The notes below the pieces were generated by a model that searched no databases, was not told the origin of the DNA, and saw only the letters and a program-made list of their open reading frames with translations. A DNA stretch of 54,349 bases from Candidatus Iainarchaeum sp. (GTDB lineage: Archaea > Iainarchaeota > Iainarchaeia > Iainarchaeales > DTGL01), in assembly GCA_017608575.1 (NCBI GenBank), contig JAFCFP010000002.1, forward strand, positions 1 through 54,349, given 5' to 3'. Within the stretch, counting starts at the first letter, position 1. Each line of letters opens with the position of its first letter. Below, one piece after another: positions 26,353 to 35,391 of this stretch. Position numbers and translations under genes: made by a program.

Positions 26353-26440
26353 CGCCCCTCAAATGAAATTCCTTAAAGGGTTTTTCAAAAAACAATTCAA
26401 GTATTTTCTGACCAGCATACTCCTCAAACATAAATTACAC

Positions 26441-26471
26441 CTAACAATTGTAAAATACAACTAACAATTGT
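26441..26471. promoter_or_regulatory. two copies of CTAACAATTGT (palindromic core ACAATTGT) 20 bp apart; candidate operator
   Basis: Exact 11-nt repeats at 26441-26451 and 26461-26471. They lie 10-40 nt upstream of the wHTH-MNT ATG (26431) and just before a TTTTAAATTTTA TATA-like box facing nucS. Confidence 0.35.
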
Positions 26472-26553
26472 TCTTTTAAATTTTATGTTTATGCGCCGTG
26501 GTCAGCAAACAGGTGCAAATTCAATTAAAAAAAATTTTGCCTCCATCTATTTC

Positions 26554-27303
26554 ATGCAATTAGAGCAGGCTCAATCAATTATTGCAGAAGCAGTGCAAAA
26601 AAAACAATTGCTATGCGTTGTTGGAAACTGCTTTGTCGAATATTGGGGTCGCGCCGCATCAAAGCTGCCAAAAGGAAAGAGAATGCTTTTAATTAAAGGC
26701 GATTCAAGTTTTGCAATTCACCAAAACAAAAACTTACGTCCAACCAATTATATGATGAACGCTGCTATTTCTTGCGAACTGCAGGGCGAAAACTTGGTGC
26801 TCAAAGCAACTAAAAGAAAACCCAAGGAATCAATCACTGTAACCTTTTACAGCATTGAGTTTGCAAAGGCATTTGAAATGGAGGATTCTGCCGACATTAG
26901 GTTGTTTGGCTCTGAAACAGAATTAAGCAGGGAATTAATGCAGGATTTGAGTTTTATTGAACCCGGCTTAAAACCCGCGCAAAGCGAGTGCCCTTTCAGG
27001 AAAGGAGTAGTGGATATTCTTGCTGAAGACGTAGAAGGCAATCTCGTAGTAGTGGAAGTGAAAAGAAGAAAGGCTGATTATAAAGCAGTAACTCAATTGG
27101 AGCGTTACATGAAACAAGTGGAAAAAATAAAGGGAAAACGCACTCGTGGCATTCTAATAGCACCAGACATTCAAAAAAACGCACGCGAGCTCTTGGAAGA
27201 GTCTGGCTTAGAATTTGCAAAATTTGACTTTGAAATAGGCAACCCAAAAGCCAAAATTAAAGGCATTAAAAAAAAGCAACGCGATCTTAAGGAGTTTTTT
27301 TAA
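26554..27303 (+). CDS. nucS: endonuclease NucS/EndoMS
   Basis: VVGNCFVEYWGRAAS...IHQN in the N-domain. GVVDILAEDVEGNLVVVEVKRRKA...QLERY gives the RecB-like D..E.K nuclease motif. ATG 26554 gives about 249 aa. Confidence 0.88.
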   Translation: MQLEQAQSIIAEAVQKKQLLCVVGNCFVEYWGRAASKLPKGKRMLLIKGDSSFAIHQNKNLRPTNYMMNAAISCELQGENLVLKATKRKPKESITVTFYSIEFAKAFEMEDSADIRLFGSETELSRELMQDLSFIEPGLKPAQSECPFRKGVVDILAEDVEGNLVVVEVKRRKADYKAVTQLERYMKQVEKIKGKRTRGILIAPDIQKNARELLEESGLEFAKFDFEIGNPKAKIKGIKKKQRDLKEFF

Positions 27304-27326
27304 CTCTTTTCTTCTTCTTTTTTACC

Positions 27327-28133
27327 ATGGATTGGAAAAAAGAAGCTGGCAGAATTCTCATGCACGTAGGGCAAAAAAAGCCATTAGTGCACCATTTGAC
27401 CAATTGGGTCACAATTTATGACTGCGCCAATATTACAAGGATTGTTGGTGCATTACCGGTAATGGCTCACGCTAAAGAAGAAGTGCAGGAAATGGTTTCT
27501 ATTGCACAGGCACTAGTGTTAAACATTGGCACTCTCACACCAGCTTTTGTGGAATCAATGCTTTTGGCTGGAAAAAAAGCCAATGAATTAGGCATTCCAA
27601 TAGTGCTTGATGCTGTGGGCGCTGGCGCTACAAGACTGCGCACTGAAAAAGCAAAAGAATTAATGCACTCACTGCAGCTTGCAGTAATAAAGGGAAATTC
27701 CTCAGAAATTGCAACACTTGCAGGCTTGAATGCAGAAACTCGTGGCGTTGAAGCATCAAAAGTGGAAAAAGACCTCAAAAAAGTTGCAAAACAACTGGCA
27801 AAAAGCAGTAATGCAACAATTGTTATTACTGGAAAAGAAGATATTGTTTCCAATGGAAAAAACACTGTGCTTGTAAAAAATGGCCATGAATTAATGGGTT
27901 GTTTTGTTGGCACTGGCTGCATGCTGGCATCAGTGCTTGGAGCATTTTGCGGAGTAGAAAAAAACTCATTCAAAGCAGCTGTTGCTGCAACTTGCTGTTT
28001 TGGGATTGCCGGAGAGCTTGCAGCAAAAAAAGCCGTTGCACCAGCAGCTTATAAGAATGAATTCTTTGATGCCTTTTTTGGGTTGGATGCTAATACAGTT
28101 GAAAAAAAGGCAAGAATAGTGGAAGTGGAGTAA
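27327..28133 (+). CDS. thiM: hydroxyethylthiazole kinase
   Basis: PLVHHLTNWVTIYDCANI, ALVLNIGTL, VLDAVGAG, AVIKGNSSEI and TGTGCMLASV blocks. Confidence 0.92.
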   Translation: MDWKKEAGRILMHVGQKKPLVHHLTNWVTIYDCANITRIVGALPVMAHAKEEVQEMVSIAQALVLNIGTLTPAFVESMLLAGKKANELGIPIVLDAVGAGATRLRTEKAKELMHSLQLAVIKGNSSEIATLAGLNAETRGVEASKVEKDLKKVAKQLAKSSNATIVITGKEDIVSNGKNTVLVKNGHELMGCFVGTGCMLASVLGAFCGVEKNSFKAAVAATCCFGIAGELAAKKAVAPAAYKNEFFDAFFGLDANTVEKKARIVEVE

Positions 28134-28765
28134 TGCTTGAAAAAATTGGTCTTTACTTTATTACCGATAGCAGTCTAACAAAAAACAGTGTAATAGAGGA
28201 TTGCAGAATTGCAATTGATGCAGGAGTTCAAGTTATCCAATACAGGGAAAAAAAACTAAAAAAAGAACAAATGCTAGAAGAAGCTTTGGAGATTTCAAGA
28301 ATGTGCAGAAATGCAGGAGTTGTATTTATTGTAAACGATGACATTGAAACAGCTCACAGAGTGAACGCGGACGGTGTGCACTTGGGGCAGGAAGACATGC
28401 CAATTGAAAAAGCCCGCTCTTTGCTGGGAAATAAAATAATTGGAATAACAGTTCATAATTTGAGCGAGGCAATTGAAGCTGAAAAAAAAGGAGCTGATTA
28501 CTTGGGAGCAAGCCCTATTTTTCACACTGACACAAAAAAAGACGCAGGAAAGCCAATCGGCTGCAAGGCATTGGCTGAAATAAAAAGCAATGTAAAAATT
28601 CCTGTTATTGCAATTGGTGGAATTAAAATGGGCAATCTTGAAGAAGTAATCCGGGCAGGCGTTGATGGCGTGTGCATGATTTCAGCAATTGTGGGAAAGG
28701 AAAACATGGCTGAAAGAATCCGAAGAGTTGAAGAAATAATTAGGAAAGCGAGGGACAAAAAATGA
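28133..28765 (+). CDS. thiE: thiamine-phosphate synthase
   Basis: LYFITD, IQYREK, FIVNDD, DGVHLGQED, ASPIFHTDTK and IAIGGI blocks. The start overlaps the thiM stop (TAATG). Confidence 0.92.
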   Translation: MLEKIGLYFITDSSLTKNSVIEDCRIAIDAGVQVIQYREKKLKKEQMLEEALEISRMCRNAGVVFIVNDDIETAHRVNADGVHLGQEDMPIEKARSLLGNKIIGITVHNLSEAIEAEKKGADYLGASPIFHTDTKKDAGKPIGCKALAEIKSNVKIPVIAIGGIKMGNLEEVIRAGVDGVCMISAIVGKENMAERIRRVEEIIRKARDKK

Positions 28766-30012
28766 CTCAATTGGAAAAAGCAATAAATGGAAAAATTACG
28801 CGTGAAATGAAACTTGTTGCAAAAAAAGAATCCATTAGCAGGGAAACTGTTAGGAAAAAAATTGCAAAAGGAGAACTGGTTATTCCAGCAAACAAAAACC
28901 ATTTAAAGAAAGGACTGAAGGCAATTGGAATTGGTTCAATGCTGAGCACCAAAATCAACACCAATCTTGGAACAAGCCATTTAATGAATGATGAAAAATG
29001 CGAAATTGAAAAATTAAAAATAGCAGTAAAGTATGGAACAGACACTGCAATGGATTTAAGCACTGGACCGGGAATTGACTCCATGCGGAAAAAAATAATC
29101 CGCAAATCAAGCATTCCAATAGGAACAGTTCCAATATACCAAGTATTAGCCGAAAAAGGCTTTCAAGGAATTTCAAAAGATGAAATATTTGACACAATTG
29201 AAAAACAATGCAAAGACGGAGTGGACTTCATTACAGTGCATGCGGGAATTACTAAAAAAAACGCTGCACTGGCAAAAGGCCGTCTCACTGGAATTGTGAG
29301 CAGGGGCGGTTCAATGACAGCAAAATGGATGAAAAAACACAATAAGGAAAACCCATTGTTTGAATTCTTTGATGAATTGTGTGAAATTGCCAAAAAATAT
29401 GATGTAACGCTTAGTTTGGGCGACGCGCTGCGACCAGGTTCACTTAAAGATGCAACTGATTACGCTCAAATAACCGAACTAAAAACACTTGGAATGCTCG
29501 CATTAAAAGCCCAAAGCAATGGAGTGCAAGTAATAATTGAAGGACCTGGCCACATTCCCTTAAACGAAATCAAAAAAAACATGGAATTGGAAAAAAAATA
29601 CTGCCATAATGCTCCATTCTATGTGCTTGGACCGATTGTAACAGATGTTGCACCAGGCTACGACCATATAACCGGCGCAATTGGGGCAAGCGTTGCTGCA
29701 ATGCATGGCGCAGCATTTCTTTGCTATGTTACTCCAAGCGAGCACTTGGGCCTTCCGAGCGTGGAGGACGTTAAAGAAGGCGTTATTGCTTTTAAGATTG
29801 CAGCGCATGCAGCGGACATTGCAAAGGGAATTAAAAGCGCCAGAAAATGGGACGACGAAATGTCAAGGAACAGAAAAAAACTAAACTGGAAAAAAATGAT
29901 TGAACTAGCAATGGATTCCCAAAAAGCAAAAGATTACAGGAAAAGATTGAACAAAAGCATTTCCAGTGGAACGTGCTCGATGTGCGGAAAATTCTGTCCA
30001 ATGAAAGAATAG
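28762..30012 (+). CDS. thiC: phosphomethylpyrimidine synthase
   Basis: GTDTAMDLSTG, FITVHAG, IVSRGGS, SLGDALRPG, IEGPGH, GPIVTDVAPGYDHIT and the C-terminal CSMCGKFC radical-SAM-type cluster motif. Confidence 0.95.
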   Translation: MTQLEKAINGKITREMKLVAKKESISRETVRKKIAKGELVIPANKNHLKKGLKAIGIGSMLSTKINTNLGTSHLMNDEKCEIEKLKIAVKYGTDTAMDLSTGPGIDSMRKKIIRKSSIPIGTVPIYQVLAEKGFQGISKDEIFDTIEKQCKDGVDFITVHAGITKKNAALAKGRLTGIVSRGGSMTAKWMKKHNKENPLFEFFDELCEIAKKYDVTLSLGDALRPGSLKDATDYAQITELKTLGMLALKAQSNGVQVIIEGPGHIPLNEIKKNMELEKKYCHNAPFYVLGPIVTDVAPGYDHITGAIGASVAAMHGAAFLCYVTPSEHLGLPSVEDVKEGVIAFKIAAHAADIAKGIKSARKWDDEMSRNRKKLNWKKMIELAMDSQKAKDYRKRLNKSISSGTCSMCGKFCPMKE

Positions 30013-30020
30013 GGAAAAAC

Positions 30021-30989
30021 ATGGAAATTGAAAAAATCGGAGAATTTGAACTGATTAAAAGAATCGCCAAAAAAGTTGGAAAAGGAAAAGCATTTATTGG
30101 AATAGGTGATGACGCAGCAGTAATTAAAGCAGGTAATGAGCTTTTGCTTTGGACTGTTGACACAATGGTTGAAGGAGACCACTTTTCTCTTAAATGGTTC
30201 ACTCCCAAACAAATTGGAATGAAAGCAATTGAAATAAACGCAAGTGATATTTATTCAATGGGCGGAAAGCCAACTTATGCACTTGTAACACTAGTACTGC
30301 CAGAAAAAACAAAAATTGGACTAATTGATGGAATATACAATGGATTGCTTTCAACTGCAAAAAAGCACGGAATTGAAATAGTTGGTGGCAACATTACGCA
30401 TGGAAAACAGCTTGCAATTGATTTGACACTGCTTGGCGTTACAACCAAAAAAAAGCTGTTACTTAGAGGCAATGCAAAGCCAGGCGACTATGTATGCGTA
30501 ACAGGAAACCTCGGCGATTCACGAGCCGGATTGCTGTGCTTTCTTAAAAACATTCCAGGATTCAGCAAAGTAAAAAAGAAATACCTTGAACCAAAAGCCC
30601 AGCCAAAAAAAGCAAAAAGAATTCTTGGAAAAGCGAATGCAGCGATTGATGTAAGCGACGGCCTTGCATCGGAAATAAGAAACATTTGCACTCAAAGCAG
30701 GTGTGGTGCTGTCCTGTACTATGAAAAAATCCCTGTTTCAAGTGAGGCAAAAAAGGTAGCGGAAATGCTGGGACTCGATTCAAAAGAATTAGCGCTTTTT
30801 GGCGGTGAAGATTTTGAATTAGTATTTACTGTTCCAGAAAAAAAATTCAAAAAAGGAATGGGAATTGTAGTTGGCAGGACTACAAAAGAAAGAAAAATAT
30901 TTTTGCAAAAAAAAGGCGTTAAAAAGCCTCTTAAAAGGTTTGGATATGACCATTTTAAGGAAAACATTGAAAAGGTGAAAACTAAATGA
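30021..30989 (+). CDS. thiL: thiamine-monophosphate kinase
   Basis: IGEFELIKRI, IGDDAAVI, TVDTMVEGDHF, NASDIYSMGG and DVSDGLASE (PurM/AIR-synthase-like fold). ATG 30021 lies just after the thiC stop. Confidence 0.88.
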   Translation: MEIEKIGEFELIKRIAKKVGKGKAFIGIGDDAAVIKAGNELLLWTVDTMVEGDHFSLKWFTPKQIGMKAIEINASDIYSMGGKPTYALVTLVLPEKTKIGLIDGIYNGLLSTAKKHGIEIVGGNITHGKQLAIDLTLLGVTTKKKLLLRGNAKPGDYVCVTGNLGDSRAGLLCFLKNIPGFSKVKKKYLEPKAQPKKAKRILGKANAAIDVSDGLASEIRNICTQSRCGAVLYYEKIPVSSEAKKVAEMLGLDSKELALFGGEDFELVFTVPEKKFKKGMGIVVGRTTKERKIFLQKKGVKKPLKRFGYDHFKENIEKVKTK

Positions 30990-31627
30990 TTGCATTTTTT
31001 GCAACTGTTTTTGCTTCAATTTTTATATTGCTGACGCCTCTTGCAGCGCTTCCCGTGTTTATTGCATTTCTTGAAAGCTTCAGCAAGAAAGAAAAAAAGA
31101 AAATAATAAAAAAAAGCGTTTTAATTGCACTTCTTTTGTTTTATGCTTTCAGTATTTATGGAAAACTTTTCTTTGATTTTCTCGGGGTTAAAATGCATTC
31201 CTTTAAAATCGCGGGCGGAATCCTTTTGCTGGCAATATCTCTCGGAATGCTTTTGGAAAAAAACAAAGCCGAAAAACCCGAAAAGAAAAAAAGCAAAGGA
31301 ATTACAGGAGAAAGCATTGCAATAACGCCTCTTGCAATACCGGTTCTCACTGGCCCTGGCACAATAACCGCGGGAATAATGCTTTTTGGCAAGGTTTTCG
31401 AGTATTCAGTGAACGAAATGTATGGTTTCATAATTGCATTCATTGCTGGTTCTTTTCTGGCTTATCTGGCAACGTATTTAATTCTTTCAAGGGCACCATT
31501 GGTAACAAAAGCTATTGGACCGTTTGGAGAAAAAGTGATTGCAAAGGTAATGGGTCTGGTGCTATTGTCAATTTCAGTGCAGTTTATTTTAAACGGAGTG
31601 CAGGCATTCATTACTTCATTGGGTTAA
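30986..31627 (+). CDS. marC: MarC/UPF0056-family integral membrane protein
   Basis: 213 aa with about 6 TM helices. FILLTPLAALPVFIAF...KIAGGILLLAISLGML and ITPLAIPVLTGPGTI are typical of the MarC family. ATGA overlap with the thiL stop. Confidence 0.7.
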   Translation: MIAFFATVFASIFILLTPLAALPVFIAFLESFSKKEKKKIIKKSVLIALLLFYAFSIYGKLFFDFLGVKMHSFKIAGGILLLAISLGMLLEKNKAEKPEKKKSKGITGESIAITPLAIPVLTGPGTITAGIMLFGKVFEYSVNEMYGFIIAFIAGSFLAYLATYLILSRAPLVTKAIGPFGEKVIAKVMGLVLLSISVQFILNGVQAFITSLG

Positions 31628-31636
31628 GGTGTTTTT

Positions 31637-32023
31637 ATGGGTTCCATTAAGGCAAAGTTTTCCCAGTTTGCTTCCCGCGTGGGAAGCATAATCCGGAGAA
31701 AAAAAACCAAAACAGAAAGCATTGAAACAATTGAAGAATCCAACAAAAAAGAAGACAATCTTATAATTGAAAACCCAAAAGAGGAAAAAGAAGATAAAAG
31801 GATTAAAATTGTTGAAATGCGTTCAAGGCTTCCAAGAAAAGAAGAAGACAAAAGCAAAGCATTGAGTGTTGCAGAGCAAATGGAGGTCGAACGCTTTGTT
31901 CAAACAATCAAGGAAGAAAAAGTAAAGTATTCAGAGGAAGAACTGCGAATTGTGTTAAGAGAAGAAGGTTTTAATGAAAGAGTGATTGAAGAAATTGTGA
32001 ACAGGCTGGTCAAAAAAGATTAG
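31637..32023 (+). CDS. hypothetical K/E-rich protein
   Basis: 128-aa ORF with a low-complexity charged middle and a C-terminal YSEEELRIVLREEGFNERVIEEIVNRL helical segment. Starts 10 nt after marC. Confidence 0.45.
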   Translation: MGSIKAKFSQFASRVGSIIRRKKTKTESIETIEESNKKEDNLIIENPKEEKEDKRIKIVEMRSRLPRKEEDKSKALSVAEQMEVERFVQTIKEEKVKYSEEELRIVLREEGFNERVIEEIVNRLVKKD

Positions 32024-32232
32024 GATGCCTCACCGATCTCCCATTCCAATTCAATGGAAGAACTCTCCAGTTTAATCCACTCCCTTATTATTTCATCCTG
32101 CTTTCGCTTCATTCTTCTTTTTTCATTTTCTTCAAAGGCATAAGGCATAAAACCAAGGAAATTCAAACAGCGAAAGATTAATTAATTTAACTTTTTTGCC
32201 CTTTAAAAAAAACCTGATAAAAATTGTTTAAT

Positions 32233-33507
32233 TTATTTCAATTTTTTTCCAGCGTATTCTGCTTTGCCTTGGCTGTTCAAGTATTCCTCTATTCGCAGCA
32301 ATTGATTGTATTTTGCTGTTCTTTCAGAGCGGGCTGGTGCTCCAAACTTGGATTGCAGTGCGCCAATGCCAACAACCAAATCAGCAATAAATGAATCGCT
32401 TGTTTCACCACTCCTGTGAGAAACAACGACACGCCAGTTGTTATTGAAAGCAAGGCGCGCTGATTCCAGTGATTCACTCAAGGAACCAATTTGGTTCACT
32501 TTCAACAACAAGGCATTGCATGCATTCAATTCAATTGCTTTTTTTATTCTGGCAGGATTTGTGACAAGCAAGTCATCTCCAATTATTTGCCTTTTTTTGC
32601 CGAGTTTTTTTGTTATTTCCCGCCAGCCTGTCCAGTCATCCTCTGCAAGCGGGTCCTCAAAAGAGAAAACATTGAATGTTTTGCCCAAATCACAATAATA
32701 GTCAATTAGCTCCCCTGAAGAATAATTTTTTCCCCACAACGTGTATTCTTTTCCGTTGAAGAATTCGGATGCAGCTGCATCCAGTGCAAGAACTATTTTT
32801 CCAGAATAACCGCTTTCTTCAATTGCCTTGCTTATTGCTTCAAATCTTTCATTAGTGTTTTTTAAAGGCGGCACAAAACCCCCTTCATCTCCCACCAATA
32901 CTGCTCTTGAACCCAACCCTGCTGCAAGGTTATTTTTTAGTTCATGGTAAACTTCAACACTCATTTCAAGGGCTTCAGAAAAACTTTTAGCTTTAATGGG
33001 CATTATTAAATGCTCTTGAATGTCGTTTTCAAATCCAGCGTGTTTTCCACTGTTTACAATGTTCATATGTGGCACTGGCAAAACAAAGTTTTTGTTTTCA
33101 CTTAATTCACCCAAATACTGAAACAATGGCTGGGCTTTCTCTAATGCTCCAGCTCTTGCCACTGCAAGGGAAACTGCAAGGATTGCATTGGCACCAAGCC
33201 GTGACTTATTTGGAGTGCCATCCAATTCAATCATTAAAGAATCTATTTCTTTTTGATTGCATGGATTTAACCCGATTAATTTTGGCCTTATTATTTTTTG
33301 AATGTTTTCCACCGCTTTTGTTACGCCTTTTCCATGAAACTGTTTTCCGTTATCCCTTAATTCCAGTGCTTCATGTTTTCCAGTGGATGCCCCACTTGGA
33401 ACCATTGCTTTAAAATAACCCTTTTCCGTTTTAATTTCACATTCAACTGTTGGATTACCACGGCTGTCCAAAACATAACGGCTTTTTACTTCCAATATTT
33501 CACTCAT
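32233..33507 (-). CDS. eno: enolase
   Basis: MSEILEVKSRYVLDSRGNPTVE (ATG 33507), SGASTG.HEA, DDLLVTNP, LLLKVNQIGSLSE and SHRSGETSD. Confidence 0.95.
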   Translation of the reverse strand: MSEILEVKSRYVLDSRGNPTVECEIKTEKGYFKAMVPSGASTGKHEALELRDNGKQFHGKGVTKAVENIQKIIRPKLIGLNPCNQKEIDSLMIELDGTPNKSRLGANAILAVSLAVARAGALEKAQPLFQYLGELSENKNFVLPVPHMNIVNSGKHAGFENDIQEHLIMPIKAKSFSEALEMSVEVYHELKNNLAAGLGSRAVLVGDEGGFVPPLKNTNERFEAISKAIEESGYSGKIVLALDAAASEFFNGKEYTLWGKNYSSGELIDYYCDLGKTFNVFSFEDPLAEDDWTGWREITKKLGKKRQIIGDDLLVTNPARIKKAIELNACNALLLKVNQIGSLSESLESARLAFNNNWRVVVSHRSGETSDSFIADLVVGIGALQSKFGAPARSERTAKYNQLLRIEEYLNSQGKAEYAGKKLK

Positions 33508-33616
33508 TAACAACACTGTCCTTTTTTAAACATTCAAAGTAATTTTTGCAAGCATAGATTTATAAGAATTAAACAATTAATCTCTATTGCTTTAAAAGCT
33601 TTAAAGGGATAAAAAA

Positions 33617-34519
33617 ATGAAAAATTCAACAATTGTTGTTTTTTCTGGTTCAGCTAATCCATTGCTTGGGAAAGAAATTGCAAAAAAAGCAAAAGCAAAG
33701 CTTGGAAATTTAAAAATTGAAAAATTTCCAGATGGGGAAAGCTATTGTCGCTTTGATGAAGATATTGCTGGAAAAAAGGTTTTCATTATTCAATCAGTTT
33801 GTCCACCGGTAAGCGAAAACTTGGTGGAATTACTGCTTATATTGGATGCAGCTAAAAGAATGAAACCAAAAAAATTAATAGTTATAATTCCATACTATGG
33901 ATATGCACGCCAAGACCGCATTGTAAAAAAAGGAGAACCTGTTTCAGCTCAACTTGTTGCCCGTGCCATCAAACTCGCAGGAGCTGATGGAGTGATTGCG
34001 CTTGACCTGCATTCAAAAGCAGTGGAAAAATTCCTAAAACCAAAAAAGCATTTAAAGGCATTGCCAACTATTGCTGCATATTTTCGAAAAAAGAAAATTA
34101 AAAAACTCGTTGTAGTGGCTCCGGATTATGGAGCTTTAAAAAATGCAAAAAAACAAGCAAAAGTGCTAAAAGCAAAAACTGCAGTCATTAAAAAAAAGCG
34201 CTTGAGTGGAAAAAAAGTCAAAATGGAAGGCATTGAAGGAAACGTACATGGAAAAAACTGTGTTATAATTGATGACATTATTAGTACTGGTGGAACAATG
34301 GCTCAAGCTATTCGCCTTCTAAAAAAGCATGGTGCAGAAAATGTTTACGCTGCAGCAACACACGGCTTGTTTGTTGGACCATGCATTAAAAGGCTTAATG
34401 CTGCAAAACCGAAAGAAATAATTGTAACAAACTCTATTCCACAAAAAGAGCACTGCAAAAAACTGAAAAAACTCAAAGTTGTAAGTATTGCTTCATTGCT
34501 TGCAAAAGAAATAAAATAA
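33617..34519 (+). CDS. prs: ribose-phosphate pyrophosphokinase
   Basis: KFPDGES, IPYYGYARQDR, DLHS, and the PRPP loop VIIDDIISTGGT. Confidence 0.93.
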   Translation: MKNSTIVVFSGSANPLLGKEIAKKAKAKLGNLKIEKFPDGESYCRFDEDIAGKKVFIIQSVCPPVSENLVELLLILDAAKRMKPKKLIVIIPYYGYARQDRIVKKGEPVSAQLVARAIKLAGADGVIALDLHSKAVEKFLKPKKHLKALPTIAAYFRKKKIKKLVVVAPDYGALKNAKKQAKVLKAKTAVIKKKRLSGKKVKMEGIEGNVHGKNCVIIDDIISTGGTMAQAIRLLKKHGAENVYAAATHGLFVGPCIKRLNAAKPKEIIVTNSIPQKEHCKKLKKLKVVSIASLLAKEIK

Positions 34520-34954
34520 TCAATCAAAATAAAGCCCTTGAAGCCCTGTTTCTTCCTCGTGTTTTCTCAAAAGCTTTAAATTTGATTTTGCGAGAACAAT
34601 TTCATTCGTTACATGCACTTTTGCTTTTCCCAAGTGACCGCCTTTAAGGGAGTGATTTTCTCCAGCCAAAGCAGCATGGAAATGAAAATGGTACTCTCCG
34701 TTTTCTTGTTGCATTATAATGCCACTCAATGCAACCAATTCATGTGGTTCTGGAAAAAAGTCCTCCAAGTAAGCGCCTTTTCCCTTGAAATAACCCAAAG
34801 AGAATTCTTTCAACATTCCAACAGCTGAAACAACTGCAGCAGATTGTACACTGCAACTCTTGCATGCTTTTTCAAGCGCTTTAAACAAGTCCTCGTCTTG
34901 TTTTAGGCGGACAAAAATCAATCCATTGCTTTCCCTGAAATCCATTCGGTTCAC
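34520..34954 (-). CDS. PPC (DUF296) domain protein
   Basis: 144 aa. VRLKQDEDLFKALEKACK...AVGMLKEFSLGYF...LSGII...HFHAALAGENHSLKGGHL fits the PPC/DUF296 pattern. Confidence 0.65.
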   Translation of the reverse strand: MNRMDFRESNGLIFVRLKQDEDLFKALEKACKSCSVQSAAVVSAVGMLKEFSLGYFKGKGAYLEDFFPEPHELVALSGIIMQQENGEYHFHFHAALAGENHSLKGGHLGKAKVHVTNEIVLAKSNLKLLRKHEEETGLQGLYFD

Positions 34955-35023
34955 CTTTAAAGCAGTGATTATACAATTTAGTTGTTATCAATTTTTATAA
35001 ATTTCCTAAAAAACAACAATTTT

Positions 35024-35254
35024 ATGAAAGAACTTGTTTTGTTGGGAGTAATACTGGTTTTTGTTGGAGTAATAGCGATTCTTATAGGCACAATTCTTGG
35101 AATTAGTGCTGAAAACATAAAAACAGAATCAATGGGAATAATAATGATTGGCCCGCTACCAATAATGTTCGGCTCAAAGCGCTTGCTATTGCCACTGGCA
35201 ATAACTGCAATAATTCTAATGGCTTGTTTTTATTTGTTCTTCTGGAAACATTAA
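35024..35254 (+). CDS. small 2-TM membrane protein (DUF131/TIGR00304-like)
   Basis: ATG 35024. LVFVGVIAILIGTILG...MGIIMIGPLPIMFGS...LLLPLAITAIILM resembles the archaeal DUF131 pattern as I recall it. Confidence 0.5.
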   Translation: MKELVLLGVILVFVGVIAILIGTILGISAENIKTESMGIIMIGPLPIMFGSKRLLLPLAITAIILMACFYLFFWKH

Positions 35255-35391
35255 TAGGAAAATTTTAAACAATAAACATCACTGCCTTCTTACAGTGAAA
35301 TGAAAACATTATTAGAAAAAAGAACTCATTCCCAAACACATTAAAATTCTTTCACAGCACTAGTTTTTATTAAAATTTTTCTGGTTTTAGC

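Noticed and set aside
27304-27326. Possible TPP riboswitch ahead of the thi operon
   Set aside because: Only 23 nt separate the nucS stop from the thiM start, which is far too short for a THI-box aptamer.
32020-32148. 42-aa minus-strand ORF (MPYAFEENEKRRMKRKQDEIIREWIKLESSSIELEWEIGEAS) downstream of enolase
   Set aside because: It has no convincing SD and no recognisable motif, and it overlaps the convergent gene end by 4 nt. It could be real, but the evidence is too thin to call.
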